In this document: positions 18,411 to 26,818 of the stretch, in pieces
Layout: every line of letters begins with the position of its first letter
How positions within the stretch are numbered: position 1 is the stretch's first letter
Source: an uncultured Candidatus Rokubacteria bacterium
Lineage (GTDB): Bacteria > Methylomirabilota > Methylomirabilia > Rokubacteriales > DASRDR01
Reading direction: 5' to 3'
NCBI GenBank assembly: GCA_963708025.1
Contig: CAVPSB010000009.1
Span: 1-54,677 of the forward strand
Length of the DNA: 54,677 nucleotides
Notes under the pieces: generated by a model
What the model saw: the letters and a program-made list of their open reading frames with translations, nothing else
What the model was told of the DNA's origin: nothing
Database searches by the model: none
Position numbers and translations under genes: made by a program

Positions 18411-18430
18411 GACTAGACTAGACTAGACTA
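18411..18430. repeat. (GACTA)4 tandem repeat
   Basis: GACTAGACTAGACTAGACTA, overlapping the phoR stop. Confidence 0.9.
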
Positions 18431-20230
18431 CGCCGAGGGGAGGGTGAAGCGCACCGTCGTGCCCTTGCCCAGCGTGCTCTCGATCGTGAGCGCGCCTCCC
18501 TGGGCCTGGACCAGGTGCTTGACGATGGCCAACCCGAGCCCGGTCCCGCCCAGCTCCCGTGAGCGAGCCTTGTCGACCCGGTAGAACCGCTCGGTAATCC
18601 GGGGCAGGTCGAGCGACGGGATGCCGATCCCGGTGTCGGCGACCGCGATCTCCACCATTCCGGCCGACTCCCCGGCGGCGCTCAGGGTGATGCGCCCGCC
18701 GTCGGGCGTGTACTTCACGCCGTTGTCCACCAGGTTGACGAGGATCTGCGACAGCCGGTCCGGGTCGGCCTGGACGGCGAGCGCGGCCGGCACCTCGTTG
18801 AGGACGACCAGCCCCTTCTGCGTCGCCTGGCGCTCGAACATCGTCGCGACGGCGCCGGCCAGCTCCCGGAGGTTGACCGGCTCCAGCCGGAGAGCGACCT
18901 TTCCGGTCTCCACGTTGGAGAGCTGGAGCAGGTCGTCCACGAGCCGCCCCAGTCGCTCGGCGTGGGTGTGGGCCGTCTCCAGGAAACGCCGCGCGTGGGC
19001 GGGCTCGTCCAGCGCGCCGTCGAGCAGCGTCTCCAGGTACCCCTTGATGGAGGTCAGCGGGGTGCGCAGCTCGTGGGAGACGTTGGCCACGAACTCCGCC
19101 CGGACGCGCTCCAGACGTCGCAGCTCGGTGACGTCGTGGAGAACCAGCACCACCCCCGTCCCCTGGCGCGCGAACGCGACCGGGACCGCGTGCGCCCGGA
19201 GGATCCGGTTGACGGGGGGTCCCAGCTCCACCTCTCGCTGATAGCCCTCGGGCGGCGCCCCGGCCCGACAGGCCTCGACCAGGTCGAACAGCGCTTTCTG
19301 GCGCACCACCTCCAGGAGCGGCCGGCCGGCGACGCGCTCGGCCGCGCCGTCGCGGAGATCGAAGATCGCACGGGCGCCGGGGTTCATCAGGAGGATGCGC
19401 CCCCGTTCGTCGAGCGCGATGACGCCCTCGACCATCCGCTCCAGGATGGCCGCGACCTCGGCGCGCTCGGCCTCGAGCGTCTGCACCTTGTCCCGGAGGG
19501 CGAGGGCCATCCGGTTCAGCGCGCCCCCCAGCTCGGCGACCTCGTCCCCGCCGGCGGCCGGCGCCCGCTGCTCGAAGTCGCCGGAGGCCATCCGCCGGGC
19601 GATGGCCTGCATCCGCGCGACCGGTCGGGTCACCCGGCGGCTCAGGAACAGTCCGACGCCGAGCACCACCACGATGGCCAGGGCCGCCCCGACCCCCAGG
19701 GTCCGCCGGATGGACGCCGAAGCCTTCGCCACCTCGGTGAGCGGCATCGCCAGACGGACGACGCCCCGCGGGCGGCTCGGCCCTTCGAGCGGCACCGCCA
19801 CGTAGAGCATGTCCACGCCGAGCGTGCGGCTCCGCCGCACATCGCTCCCGATGCCGCCGGCCAGGGCGGCCTGGACCTCCGGCCGGCTGGCGTGGCTCTC
19901 CATCACCTGCACCGCCGCCGACTCGCGCTCGGAGTCCCCGAGCACGGTGCCGTCGGCGGCGATCACGGTGACGCGCGTCCCCAGCGTCGCGCCGTACCGC
20001 TCCACCAGCCGCTGCATCAGCTCGGGTCCGGCGGGCTGGCCCCCGGGAAGCAGCACGAGGTCGTGGACGAGGCGGGCAGAGGTCACCAGGCCCACCTTCA
20101 GGCTGTCCACCGTGTGGCGCTCGAGCGCCCGGGCGACGTAGAGGCCCATGACCAGCATCCCCAGCGCGGTGACGCCGAGCAGGCCGAGGGTCAGGCGAAG
20201 CGACAGCCGGGACAGCAGCGGGGCGCCCAT
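18428..20230 (-). CDS. phoR: Sensor histidine kinase with HAMP and PAS domains
   Basis: FVANVSHELRTPLT, NLVDNGVKYT, ERFYRVDKARSRELGGTGLGLAIVKH; Pho context. Confidence 0.9.
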   Translation of the reverse strand: MGAPLLSRLSLRLTLGLLGVTALGMLVMGLYVARALERHTVDSLKVGLVTSARLVHDLVLLPGGQPAGPELMQRLVERYGATLGTRVTVIAADGTVLGDSERESAAVQVMESHASRPEVQAALAGGIGSDVRRSRTLGVDMLYVAVPLEGPSRPRGVVRLAMPLTEVAKASASIRRTLGVGAALAIVVVLGVGLFLSRRVTRPVARMQAIARRMASGDFEQRAPAAGGDEVAELGGALNRMALALRDKVQTLEAERAEVAAILERMVEGVIALDERGRILLMNPGARAIFDLRDGAAERVAGRPLLEVVRQKALFDLVEACRAGAPPEGYQREVELGPPVNRILRAHAVPVAFARQGTGVVLVLHDVTELRRLERVRAEFVANVSHELRTPLTSIKGYLETLLDGALDEPAHARRFLETAHTHAERLGRLVDDLLQLSNVETGKVALRLEPVNLRELAGAVATMFERQATQKGLVVLNEVPAALAVQADPDRLSQILVNLVDNGVKYTPDGGRITLSAAGESAGMVEIAVADTGIGIPSLDLPRITERFYRVDKARSRELGGTGLGLAIVKHLVQAQGGALTIESTLGKGTTVRFTLPSA

Positions 20231-20284
20231 CTGATCAGCGCCGCCCCTGAAGCGTCAGCGTCATGGCAGGCGAGTCAACGTCTC

Positions 20285-20432
20285 GGGCGGGGCCGAGGAG
20301 CGAGCAGCGCCGCTAGGACGCAGGGAGTCGCCGACCGCAGGCGTATGCCGCATACGCCGAGGATCGGCGACGACCCCAAAGGCCGAAGGCCGTCCGAAGG
20401 ACGACGCGATGCGAAGCTCATCGGCCCCGCCC
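20285..20432 (+). repeat. Family-A element between phoB and phoR
   Basis: 17-bp TIR GGGCGGGGCCGAGGAGC/GCTCATCGGCCCCGCCC (1 mismatch) and nested hairpins. Confidence 0.9.
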
Positions 20433-20436
20433 CTGC

Positions 20437-21126
20437 CTATCCCTCGAATTCGAACCGGTAGCCCACGCCCTTCACGGTGACGATCCGCCGCGCCTCCGGG
20501 CCCAGCTTCTCCCGGAGCCGCCGGACGTGGACGTCAACCGTCCGTGACTCGATCTCGGCCGCGTTGGCATAGCCCCAGACCGTGTCGAGGAGCTGCTCCC
20601 GGCTCAGCACGCGCCCGCCGGCCCGGAGGAGGGCGACGAGGAGCGCGAACTCCTTGGCCGTCAGCTCGACGGCCGTCTCTCCGACGGCGACGTGATGGCG
20701 CGCCTCGTCCACGGCCAGCTCCCCGACCCGGGTGACGCCGCCGGCGCGCGGCTCCTGGACCCGACGGAGCACCGCCCGGACCCGCGCCATCAGCTCCCGC
20801 GGACTGAACGGCTTCACCACGTAGTCGTCGGCGCCCAGCTCGAGCCCCACCACTCGGTCCACCTCCTCCGCCTTGGCGGTCAGCATGATGATCGGGAGGC
20901 GGGCGGTGGCGGGGTCCCGGCGGAGCTGGCGGCAGACCTCGAGGCCGTCGAGGCCAGGCAGCATGAGGTCGAGGATCAGGACGTCGGGATGCTGCTCCCG
21001 GGCCAGGCGGAGGGCGGTCCCCCCCTCCCGGGCGGTGAGGCACTCGAAGCCCTGCCGCTCGGCGTGATAGCGCACCAGCTCGACGATGTCCTTCTCGTCG
21101 TCAACGACCAGCACCCGGGTGGCCAT
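20437..21126 (-). CDS. phoB: OmpR-family response regulator
   Basis: LDLMLP, GADDYVVKPFSPREL, SRTVDVHVRRLREKL, TVKGVGY. Confidence 0.9.
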   Translation of the reverse strand: MATRVLVVDDEKDIVELVRYHAERQGFECLTAREGGTALRLAREQHPDVLILDLMLPGLDGLEVCRQLRRDPATARLPIIMLTAKAEEVDRVVGLELGADDYVVKPFSPRELMARVRAVLRRVQEPRAGGVTRVGELAVDEARHHVAVGETAVELTAKEFALLVALLRAGGRVLSREQLLDTVWGYANAAEIESRTVDVHVRRLREKLGPEARRIVTVKGVGYRFEFEG

Positions 21127-21134
21127 CCGGCTCG

Positions 21135-21193
21135 ATTATACGCGGGATTGCGGCCGCGTCCGGTTGACAGGCCCCGGGACCGGCGGGTACGCT
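21135..21193. promoter_or_regulatory. Divergent sigma70-type promoters
   Basis: Minus TATAAT at 21140-21135, 8 nt before the phoB ATG. Plus TTGACA 21164, 18 nt spacer, TACGCT 21188. Confidence 0.7.
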
Positions 21194-21237
21194 TTGTGAA
21201 GCCGAGCAGTCCCCGCAACACGCCGAAGGAGACGCCG

Positions 21238-23109
21238 ATGTCCGCGACGCCGCCGAAGCCGACCATCGAACCGAAGGCCGCCGACCAGGCGCTCCAGACC
21301 TACATCCGGCCGCAGACCTTCCCGGTCGCGATCCGGATGCTGCGGCCCGGGGAGCCGATTCCGGAGCGCGCCAAGCGGCCGGCCCGCGACTTCGGGAAGC
21401 TCTCGATGAACTGCCAGGTGATCGACATGTCGCGGCGGTACGGGTGGATGATCGCGCTCACCCGGGAGGACCACATCTGCTCGCTCGGCATCACCGCGCT
21501 GGGCTTCGACCGGCCGACGCACCTCTACAACTCGGGCACCCTCTGCGAGGGCATGTACACGGCGACCAAGGAAGCCGGGGCGCGCTCGGAGGCGGCGGTG
21601 GACAAGTTCGCGCCGGGCGAGTACCACTGCCTGCTGGTCGCCCCGCTCGACCGCACCTCGTTCGAGCCCGACCTCGTGGTCGTCTACGCCAACCCGGCCC
21701 AGGTGATGCGGCTGACCCAGGCGGCGCTCTGGAAGCGCGGCGGCCGGCTGGCCTCGTCGTTCCAGGGGCGCATCGTGTGCGCCGACATCATCGTGACGAC
21801 GATGCAGACCGGCGAGGCCCAGGTGATCCTCCCCTGCTCCGGCGACCGGATCTTCGGCCAGACCCAGGACCACGAGATGGCCTTCACGATCCCGTGGGCG
21901 AAGATGGGCGAGATCATCGAGGGCCTGGAGGGCACGCACCGGGGCGGGATCCGCTATCCCATCACGCAGTTCATGGAATACGAGGCCAAGCTCCCGCCGA
22001 AGTACATGGAGGTCAACCGGCTCTGGGACGTGGACAAGGGCAAGGCCGAGTACTCGCCGCGCGATCGGGTGGTCGCCGCCTACAAGCGGTCGTTCGCGGA
22101 CCGCGTCCCGGTCTACCCGATCGTCGCCTCCTATGCCGGGACGCTCGACGGCCTGTCGATCGAGGAGTTCTGCACGACGCCCGCCAAGGCCGTCACGGCC
22201 ATGCTCCACTACTACGAGCGCCACCAGCCCGACGTCGTCCTGGCTTACAACGACCTGGCCAAGGAGGCCGAGGCGACCGGCTGCAAGGTCAAGTACTCCG
22301 ACTACGTGGTCCCGTCCATCGAGACCCACGTGCTCCAGGAGGACAAGGGCAAGCTGGCGACCCTGGAGGTCCCCGACCCCCGGCGAGACGGCCGGCTGCC
22401 GGCCTTCCTCGAGGTCTGCGAGGGGCTGATGGCGGCCAAGCTCCCGACGGCGGTGGGCGCGGTGGCGGTCGGACCGTGGACCATCGCCATGCTCATGCGG
22501 AACCCGGAGGTGATGCTGCTGGACACCTTCGAGGACGCCGGCTTCATCCACGAGCTGATGCGCTTCGCCACCGAGTACTGCAAGCGCTGGGGCGACGCGA
22601 TCGCGGCGACGAAGATCGGGCTCTCGTTCTCGGAGCCGACCGCGTCGATCAGCCTCGTCTCGCCCGACAACTACCGGGAGTTCATCGCGCCCTACCACAA
22701 GCAGCTGGTCGAGTACTTCAAGGCCAAGAAGGTCGGGCTCACCACGCACATCTGCGGGACGACCTACCCGATCTACGAGGACCTGATCCAGTGCGGCTTC
22801 ACCACCGTGTCTTTCGATCTCGACCAGCAAGCCGACCCGACCCTCCAGGTGGACCAGCTCGCCCGCTTCATGGAGGTGAGCAAGGGCCGGGTGGTGGCGA
22901 TCGGCAACGTGGACGCGACGCTGTTCGAGCGGGCGACGAAGGCTGAGATCGAGGCGGAGGTCCGGCGCTGCGTGGACACCGCGGCCCGCTACTCGGGGTT
23001 CATCCTCTCCACGTCCTGCGAGATCCCGCCGCGCTCCAACCCCGAGGTCGTCCAGTGGTTCATGGACGCGGCGAAGGACTACGGCCGCTACGACCGGCTG
23101 GCGACGTAG
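21238..23109 (+). CDS. DUF169 domain fused to a UROD/MtaA-like methyltransferase domain
   Basis: N-terminal Cys-rich DUF169 pattern (NCQ, HICSLG, FEPDLVVVYANPAQ, PCSGDR). C-terminal DRVPVYP, EPTAS, HICG, GNVD, STSCEIP. Confidence 0.75.
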   Translation: MSATPPKPTIEPKAADQALQTYIRPQTFPVAIRMLRPGEPIPERAKRPARDFGKLSMNCQVIDMSRRYGWMIALTREDHICSLGITALGFDRPTHLYNSGTLCEGMYTATKEAGARSEAAVDKFAPGEYHCLLVAPLDRTSFEPDLVVVYANPAQVMRLTQAALWKRGGRLASSFQGRIVCADIIVTTMQTGEAQVILPCSGDRIFGQTQDHEMAFTIPWAKMGEIIEGLEGTHRGGIRYPITQFMEYEAKLPPKYMEVNRLWDVDKGKAEYSPRDRVVAAYKRSFADRVPVYPIVASYAGTLDGLSIEEFCTTPAKAVTAMLHYYERHQPDVVLAYNDLAKEAEATGCKVKYSDYVVPSIETHVLQEDKGKLATLEVPDPRRDGRLPAFLEVCEGLMAAKLPTAVGAVAVGPWTIAMLMRNPEVMLLDTFEDAGFIHELMRFATEYCKRWGDAIAATKIGLSFSEPTASISLVSPDNYREFIAPYHKQLVEYFKAKKVGLTTHICGTTYPIYEDLIQCGFTTVSFDLDQQADPTLQVDQLARFMEVSKGRVVAIGNVDATLFERATKAEIEAEVRRCVDTAARYSGFILSTSCEIPPRSNPEVVQWFMDAAKDYGRYDRLAT

Positions 23110-23127
23110 CCCGCCGGTCTGTTCGTC

Positions 23128-23208
23128 ACCTCCCGCCCACCCCCCCAGCCCCCCTCCCCCACCCACTGGGGGGAGGGGGGAGGCGGAAACCCACTCCTTC
23201 ACACGTTC
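23128..23208 (+). repeat. Family-C C/G-tract hairpin repeat
   Basis: Near-identical to 26733-26814; CCCCCTCCCCC-ACCCACTG-GGGGGAGGGGG. Confidence 0.85.
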
Positions 23209-23235
23209 ACAGCCCTCGCTCGTCCGCTGGCCCCG

Positions 23236-23275
23236 AAAACAGAACGGCGCAGGAGCCGGAGCCCCTGCGCCGTTT
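23236..23275 (-). terminator. Intrinsic terminator of the RRM gene
   Basis: Stem AACGGCGCAGG/CCTGCGCCGTT followed by CTGTTTT on the minus strand. Confidence 0.75.
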
Positions 23276-23305
23276 GCGGTACGAGCTGACTGGCCGGCTG
23301 GTTGG

Positions 23306-23674
23306 TTACCAGCGGGGCGTGCGGCGCTGGCCGCCGCCGCCCCCGCCGAACCCGCCGCCGCCGCCACCCGGACGGTAGCCACCACCGCCACTCCGGCCAC
23401 CGCCCCCGCCGCCCCCGGACCGCTGGCCCGAGGAGTTGGCAGGCGCCACGGTGATCCGCCGGCCCTCGAAGGGCTGGTCGTTCAGCTTCTGGATCGCCGT
23501 CTGGGCCTCCGCGTCCGTGGCCATCTCCACGAAGCCGAAGCCCCGCGACTGGCCCGAGAAGCGGTCGGTGATGACCGTGGCGGACTCGACGTTGCCGCAC
23601 TGCGCGAAGTACTCGCGCATGCTCTCGGAGGTGGTGGAATAGGAAAGACCGCCGACATACAACTTGGCAGGCAT
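23306..23674 (-). CDS. RRM RNA-binding protein with Gly-rich tail
   Basis: KLYVGGL (RNP2), RGFGFVEM (RNP1); GAGGAGG RBS. Confidence 0.95.
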   Translation of the reverse strand: MPAKLYVGGLSYSTTSESMREYFAQCGNVESATVITDRFSGQSRGFGFVEMATDAEAQTAIQKLNDQPFEGRRITVAPANSSGQRSGGGGGGGRSGGGGYRPGGGGGGFGGGGGGQRRTPRW

Positions 23675-23812
23675 GAGATGCCTCCTCGACCCCATCGTTC
23701 GGGGTCGGATACTTCCGCACCCATCATTCACGCCCCGGAGACGCGGAAGAGGCCGTCGGAGGCGAGGCCAGGTCAAGGCGCCACGGTGGCGCAGATCCGG
23801 CAGACCAACGGA

Positions 23813-23841
23813 AGTATACCCGAAGGCTTGCCCAATGTCAG
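23813..23841 (-). promoter_or_regulatory. Promoter of the RRM gene
   Basis: CTGACA-17 nt-TATACT. Confidence 0.65.
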
Positions 23842-23988
23842 TAGTCCAGCTTCCCTGGAGTCCACCCGGGCGAGGATCGAGGGGGGCGGCAGGTGTCAAG
23901 TCCGGGCTGGGCCCCCCTCGACCCCCGCCCGAAACGGAAGCATGTCGGAGCCGTGAGGTCTGCGCCAGCCGTGCTCGGCGGGGAGCAG

Positions 23989-24060
23989 CGTTCCGCGCGC
24001 CGGCTTCGCCGGCGCAACCGAAGAGGGGGTATCGGGGGGGTCTTCCGAGACCCCCCGAAG
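23989..24060 (-). repeat. Family-B structured repeat
   Basis: GGGGGGTCTCGGAAGACCCCCCCGA and GCGCCGGC-GAA-GCCGGCGC, just after the stop at 24065. Confidence 0.8.
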
Positions 24061-24064
24061 GGAC

Positions 24065-24526
24065 CTAAAGCCCGAGGCCCCGGAAGAAGCTGCGGACGGC
24101 GCCCACGCCCTCGTTGACGGCGCGGGCCGCCTGGCCAATCGGGGACGAGCCGCCGACCCGGTGCCCGAGCTGGAACCGGACCTCGGCCGTCTGGCCGGCC
24201 ACCACTTGGATCTGGCGACTCTCGGCACCGAAGCCGGGGTGGCTCACCCGGAGCCGGTACGGTCCCTCCTTCAACGGCTGGCGGATCTGTCCCCGGTTCG
24301 CCGACGTCAGCGTGGTGACCAGCGCGTCCTGGGGCGTGAAGATCTCGATCGTCGCGTCGGTGACGGGCTTCTCGGTCTTCGCTTCCCGCACCACCGCGAC
24401 CACTTCCCCGTACTGCGGCGCCGGCTTGAAGAGCTGGACGGCCGAATAGGTCGCCCCCAGGATGGAGATCAGCCCGGCAGCCAGACCCACCAGCGACTGG
24501 ACACTCGAGAGGCTGGGCTTCGTCAC
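24065..24526 (-). CDS. Membrane-anchored carboxypeptidase-regulatory-like (beta-sandwich) domain protein
   Basis: N-terminal TM helix; KPVTDATIEI, GPYRLRVSHPGF. Confidence 0.7.
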   Translation of the reverse strand: MTKPSLSSVQSLVGLAAGLISILGATYSAVQLFKPAPQYGEVVAVVREAKTEKPVTDATIEIFTPQDALVTTLTSANRGQIRQPLKEGPYRLRVSHPGFGAESRQIQVVAGQTAEVRFQLGHRVGGSSPIGQAARAVNEGVGAVRSFFRGLGL

Positions 24527-24646
24527 CGCCTTCCTTATATAGCGCAGGCCCCGGTGGGGCGGCAAGGAATGTGGCGCTCTCATCCGGGACCCCCCAACCG
24601 CCCCCGGAGGCAGGCCGGGCCGCCGCCCGCCCGCCCTCGAACCGGG

Positions 24647-24832
24647 TCAGTCGTCGAGGAGGAAGAACCCGGGCTCCGTGTCCATGGGGAGCGGGGCGGC
24701 GGCGACCCGGGCCAGGTCGGCGGCCAATGCCTCCAGCTCGGGTCGCAGCGCCTCGGCTCGCGCTTCGCCGAACCGCCGGCGAGCTTCGGCCAGGAGGGAC
24801 TCGCGATAGGCGTCGGGACCGGTGTCGGCCAT
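24647..24832 (-). CDS. Small helical protein (GatC/AtzG-like C-terminus)
   Basis: 61 aa ending LPMDTEPGFF; GAGGTG RBS. Confidence 0.5.
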   Translation of the reverse strand: MADTGPDAYRESLLAEARRRFGEARAEALRPELEALAADLARVAAAPLPMDTEPGFFLLDD

Positions 24833-24929
24833 CGGTGCACCTCGAGGTGTGCCCCTGGGTACCATCGCCGCCGGGCCGAAGTCAAGTTGGGGGGTGGGCG
24901 AGATGTCTCGAACTGAGAAGGTGCGAGCA

Positions 24930-25150
24930 AGCGGTTCTTCCGGCACCCCCCTCCCTCCCGGTGGCCGCCGGAGGGCGGGACGTCGCCCACAGGCCGAAGG
25001 CCGTCCGATCGGCCGTAGGCCCGAGCCGTCCCCCCCAGGCTGAAGGCCGTCCGATCGATCCGGTCAAACGGAGGGGGCCAAAGGCCGAAGGCCGTCGGAG
25101 AGATCGGGTGGGCGGGAGGTCCGAAGAACCACCGCGGATTTGAGAACCGC
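24930..25150 (+). repeat. Structured intergenic element related to family A
   Basis: Three AGGC(C/T)GAAGGCCGTC units; ends GCGGTTCT...AGAACCGC. Confidence 0.55.
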
Positions 25151-25189
25151 CCGGCCGTGGAGTACCATGCCCCGCGGAGGGGCGGCCCC

Positions 25190-26048
25190 ATGCCACAGCA
25201 GTACGACGCCATCATCGTCGGCGGCGGCCACAACGGCCTCGTCGCCGCCACCTATCTGGCCCGCGGCGGCCTCCGTGTCCTCGTCCTCGAGCGCCGCAAC
25301 CTCCTGGGCGGCGCCTGCATCACGGAGGAGCTGACGTGTCCAACGCCGACCCCAAGCGGACCTTCCTCCGGCTGGTCCCCCGGACTCGGTGCCGGCAGAG
25401 TTCCGGGAGCAGGTCGGCCGGCTCTCGACGCGAGCCGCTTACCTCAAGTTCCACGCCGCCCTCCGGGAGCTGCCAGACTTCTCCGCCTATCTCGGCCCCG
25501 GCTTCGACCCGCGCTACCTGGCCCAGTCAAGATCTGCCCGTCGGTCAACGCCTTCCTCGGCTCCTGGCAGGACGCGCAGGCCGGGCGGCCCCTCACGGAC
25601 CCCGCTGATGGAGGTCCAGATCCCGTCGGTCTACGACCCGACGCTGGCCCCGGCCGGTCACCACGTCGTCTCGGTGTGGGCGCTCTGGGCGCCGGTGCGA
25701 CCAGCCGAGGGGTCCTGGGAGACGCGCCGACGCGAGGTGGGCGAGCACCTCATCGACACGCTGACCGCGTACGCCCCGAACTTCCGGCGGGCGCTCGTGG
25801 ACTGGCTCCTTTTCACGCCCGCGGACCTCGAGGCCCGGGTGGGGCTGACCGACGGGAACATCCGCCATCTCGACATCGTGCCGGCCCAGATGTTCGGCCG
25901 CCGACCACTGCCGGGGTGGGCGGCCTATCGAACCCCCCTCCCCGGGCTCTACCTCTGCGGCGCCGGCACCCACCCCGGCGGCGAGGTGACCGGGGCGCCG
26001 GGGCACAACGCCGCCCAGGCGATTCTCCAGGGCCTGGCCGGAGCCTGA
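25190..26048 (+). pseudogene. Phytoene-desaturase-family FAD oxidoreductase, internally deleted and frameshifted
   Basis: [11 protein letters not shown]-terminus joins after TEEL directly to [11 protein letters not shown]-terminal [20 protein letters not shown]; several frame changes. Confidence 0.8.
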
Positions 26049-26074
26049 CCGGGCGGCCGGCCGTCGGGCTCGCC

Positions 26075-26818
26075 ATGCTCTCGCGGATCGTGGCCCGCGC
26101 TCGCGGGTTCGCTCGCCGAGGTCTCCGCCGCCTCTTCGCGAGACGGCCGCTCGGGATCGCGCTCGCCCTCGGGACCCTGGCGCTCGGCGCCGCCTGCGAG
26201 CGGACCCGGCTGGGCCGGGCCCCGGAGGAGCGACCGTGCCCCCCCGGGACGGCGCGGGCGATCGCCGAGAGCCCGAGCGGACGCGAGCAGTGGTGCCGGC
26301 GCGGCGGGACGGGGCCGCGCCACGGCCCGTACCTCGCGTGGCACGACAACGACCGGATCAAGGCCGAGGGCGGCTTCGCCGACGGCCGGCCGGATGGCCG
26401 CTGGCGCTTCTTCTATGCCAACGGCCGGAGGCTCCTCGACGGTGAGTACCGGGACGGGATGAAGCAGGGCCCGTGGACCTTCTGGTACGCCAACGGCGTC
26501 AAGAAGGAGGCGGGCGCCTTCCGCGATGGCCGGGAGCAGGGCCGGTGGACCCGCTGGTTCGAGAGCGGCCAGCCCCAGAGCGACGGCGAGTACCGGGACG
26601 GCGTCCCCGACGGCCGCTGGACTTACTGGTACGACCGCGGCCCGGTGCGCGAGACCGGCGAGTACCGGAACGGCGAGCGGACGGGGCCGTGGCGCCGCGC
26701 CAGCGTCACCGGGCAGCCCTGCGATTATCGGGACCTCCCGCCCACCCCCCCCAGCCCCCCTCCCCCACCCACTGGGGGGAGGGGGAGCCGGAAGCCCGAT
26801 TCCTTCACACGCTCCTGA
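26075..26818 (+). CDS. MORN-variant (YwqK-like) repeat protein, possible lipoprotein
   Basis: Repeated G.W..(W/F)Y.NG....G.Y.DG units; LALGAAC lipobox-like. Confidence 0.75.
   Translation: MLSRIVARARGFARRGLRRLFARRPLGIALALGTLALGAACERTRLGRAPEERPCPPGTARAIAESPSGREQWCRRGGTGPRHGPYLAWHDNDRIKAEGGFADGRPDGRWRFFYANGRRLLDGEYRDGMKQGPWTFWYANGVKKEAGAFRDGREQGRWTRWFESGQPQSDGEYRDGVPDGRWTYWYDRGPVRETGEYRNGERTGPWRRASVTGQPCDYRDLPPTPPSPPPPPTGGRGSRKPDSFTRS
26733..26814 (+). repeat. Family-C repeat inside the 3' end of a CDS
   Basis: Matches 23128-23208. Confidence 0.85.

Noticed and set aside
25157-26818. Apparent FAD-oxidoreductase/MORN fusion
   Set aside because: Chance open frame through the pseudogene; the MORN protein has its own ATG at 26075
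26075-26818. Toxin-antitoxin system (YwqK label)
   Set aside because: No toxin neighbour; the repeats plus an export signal suggest a surface protein
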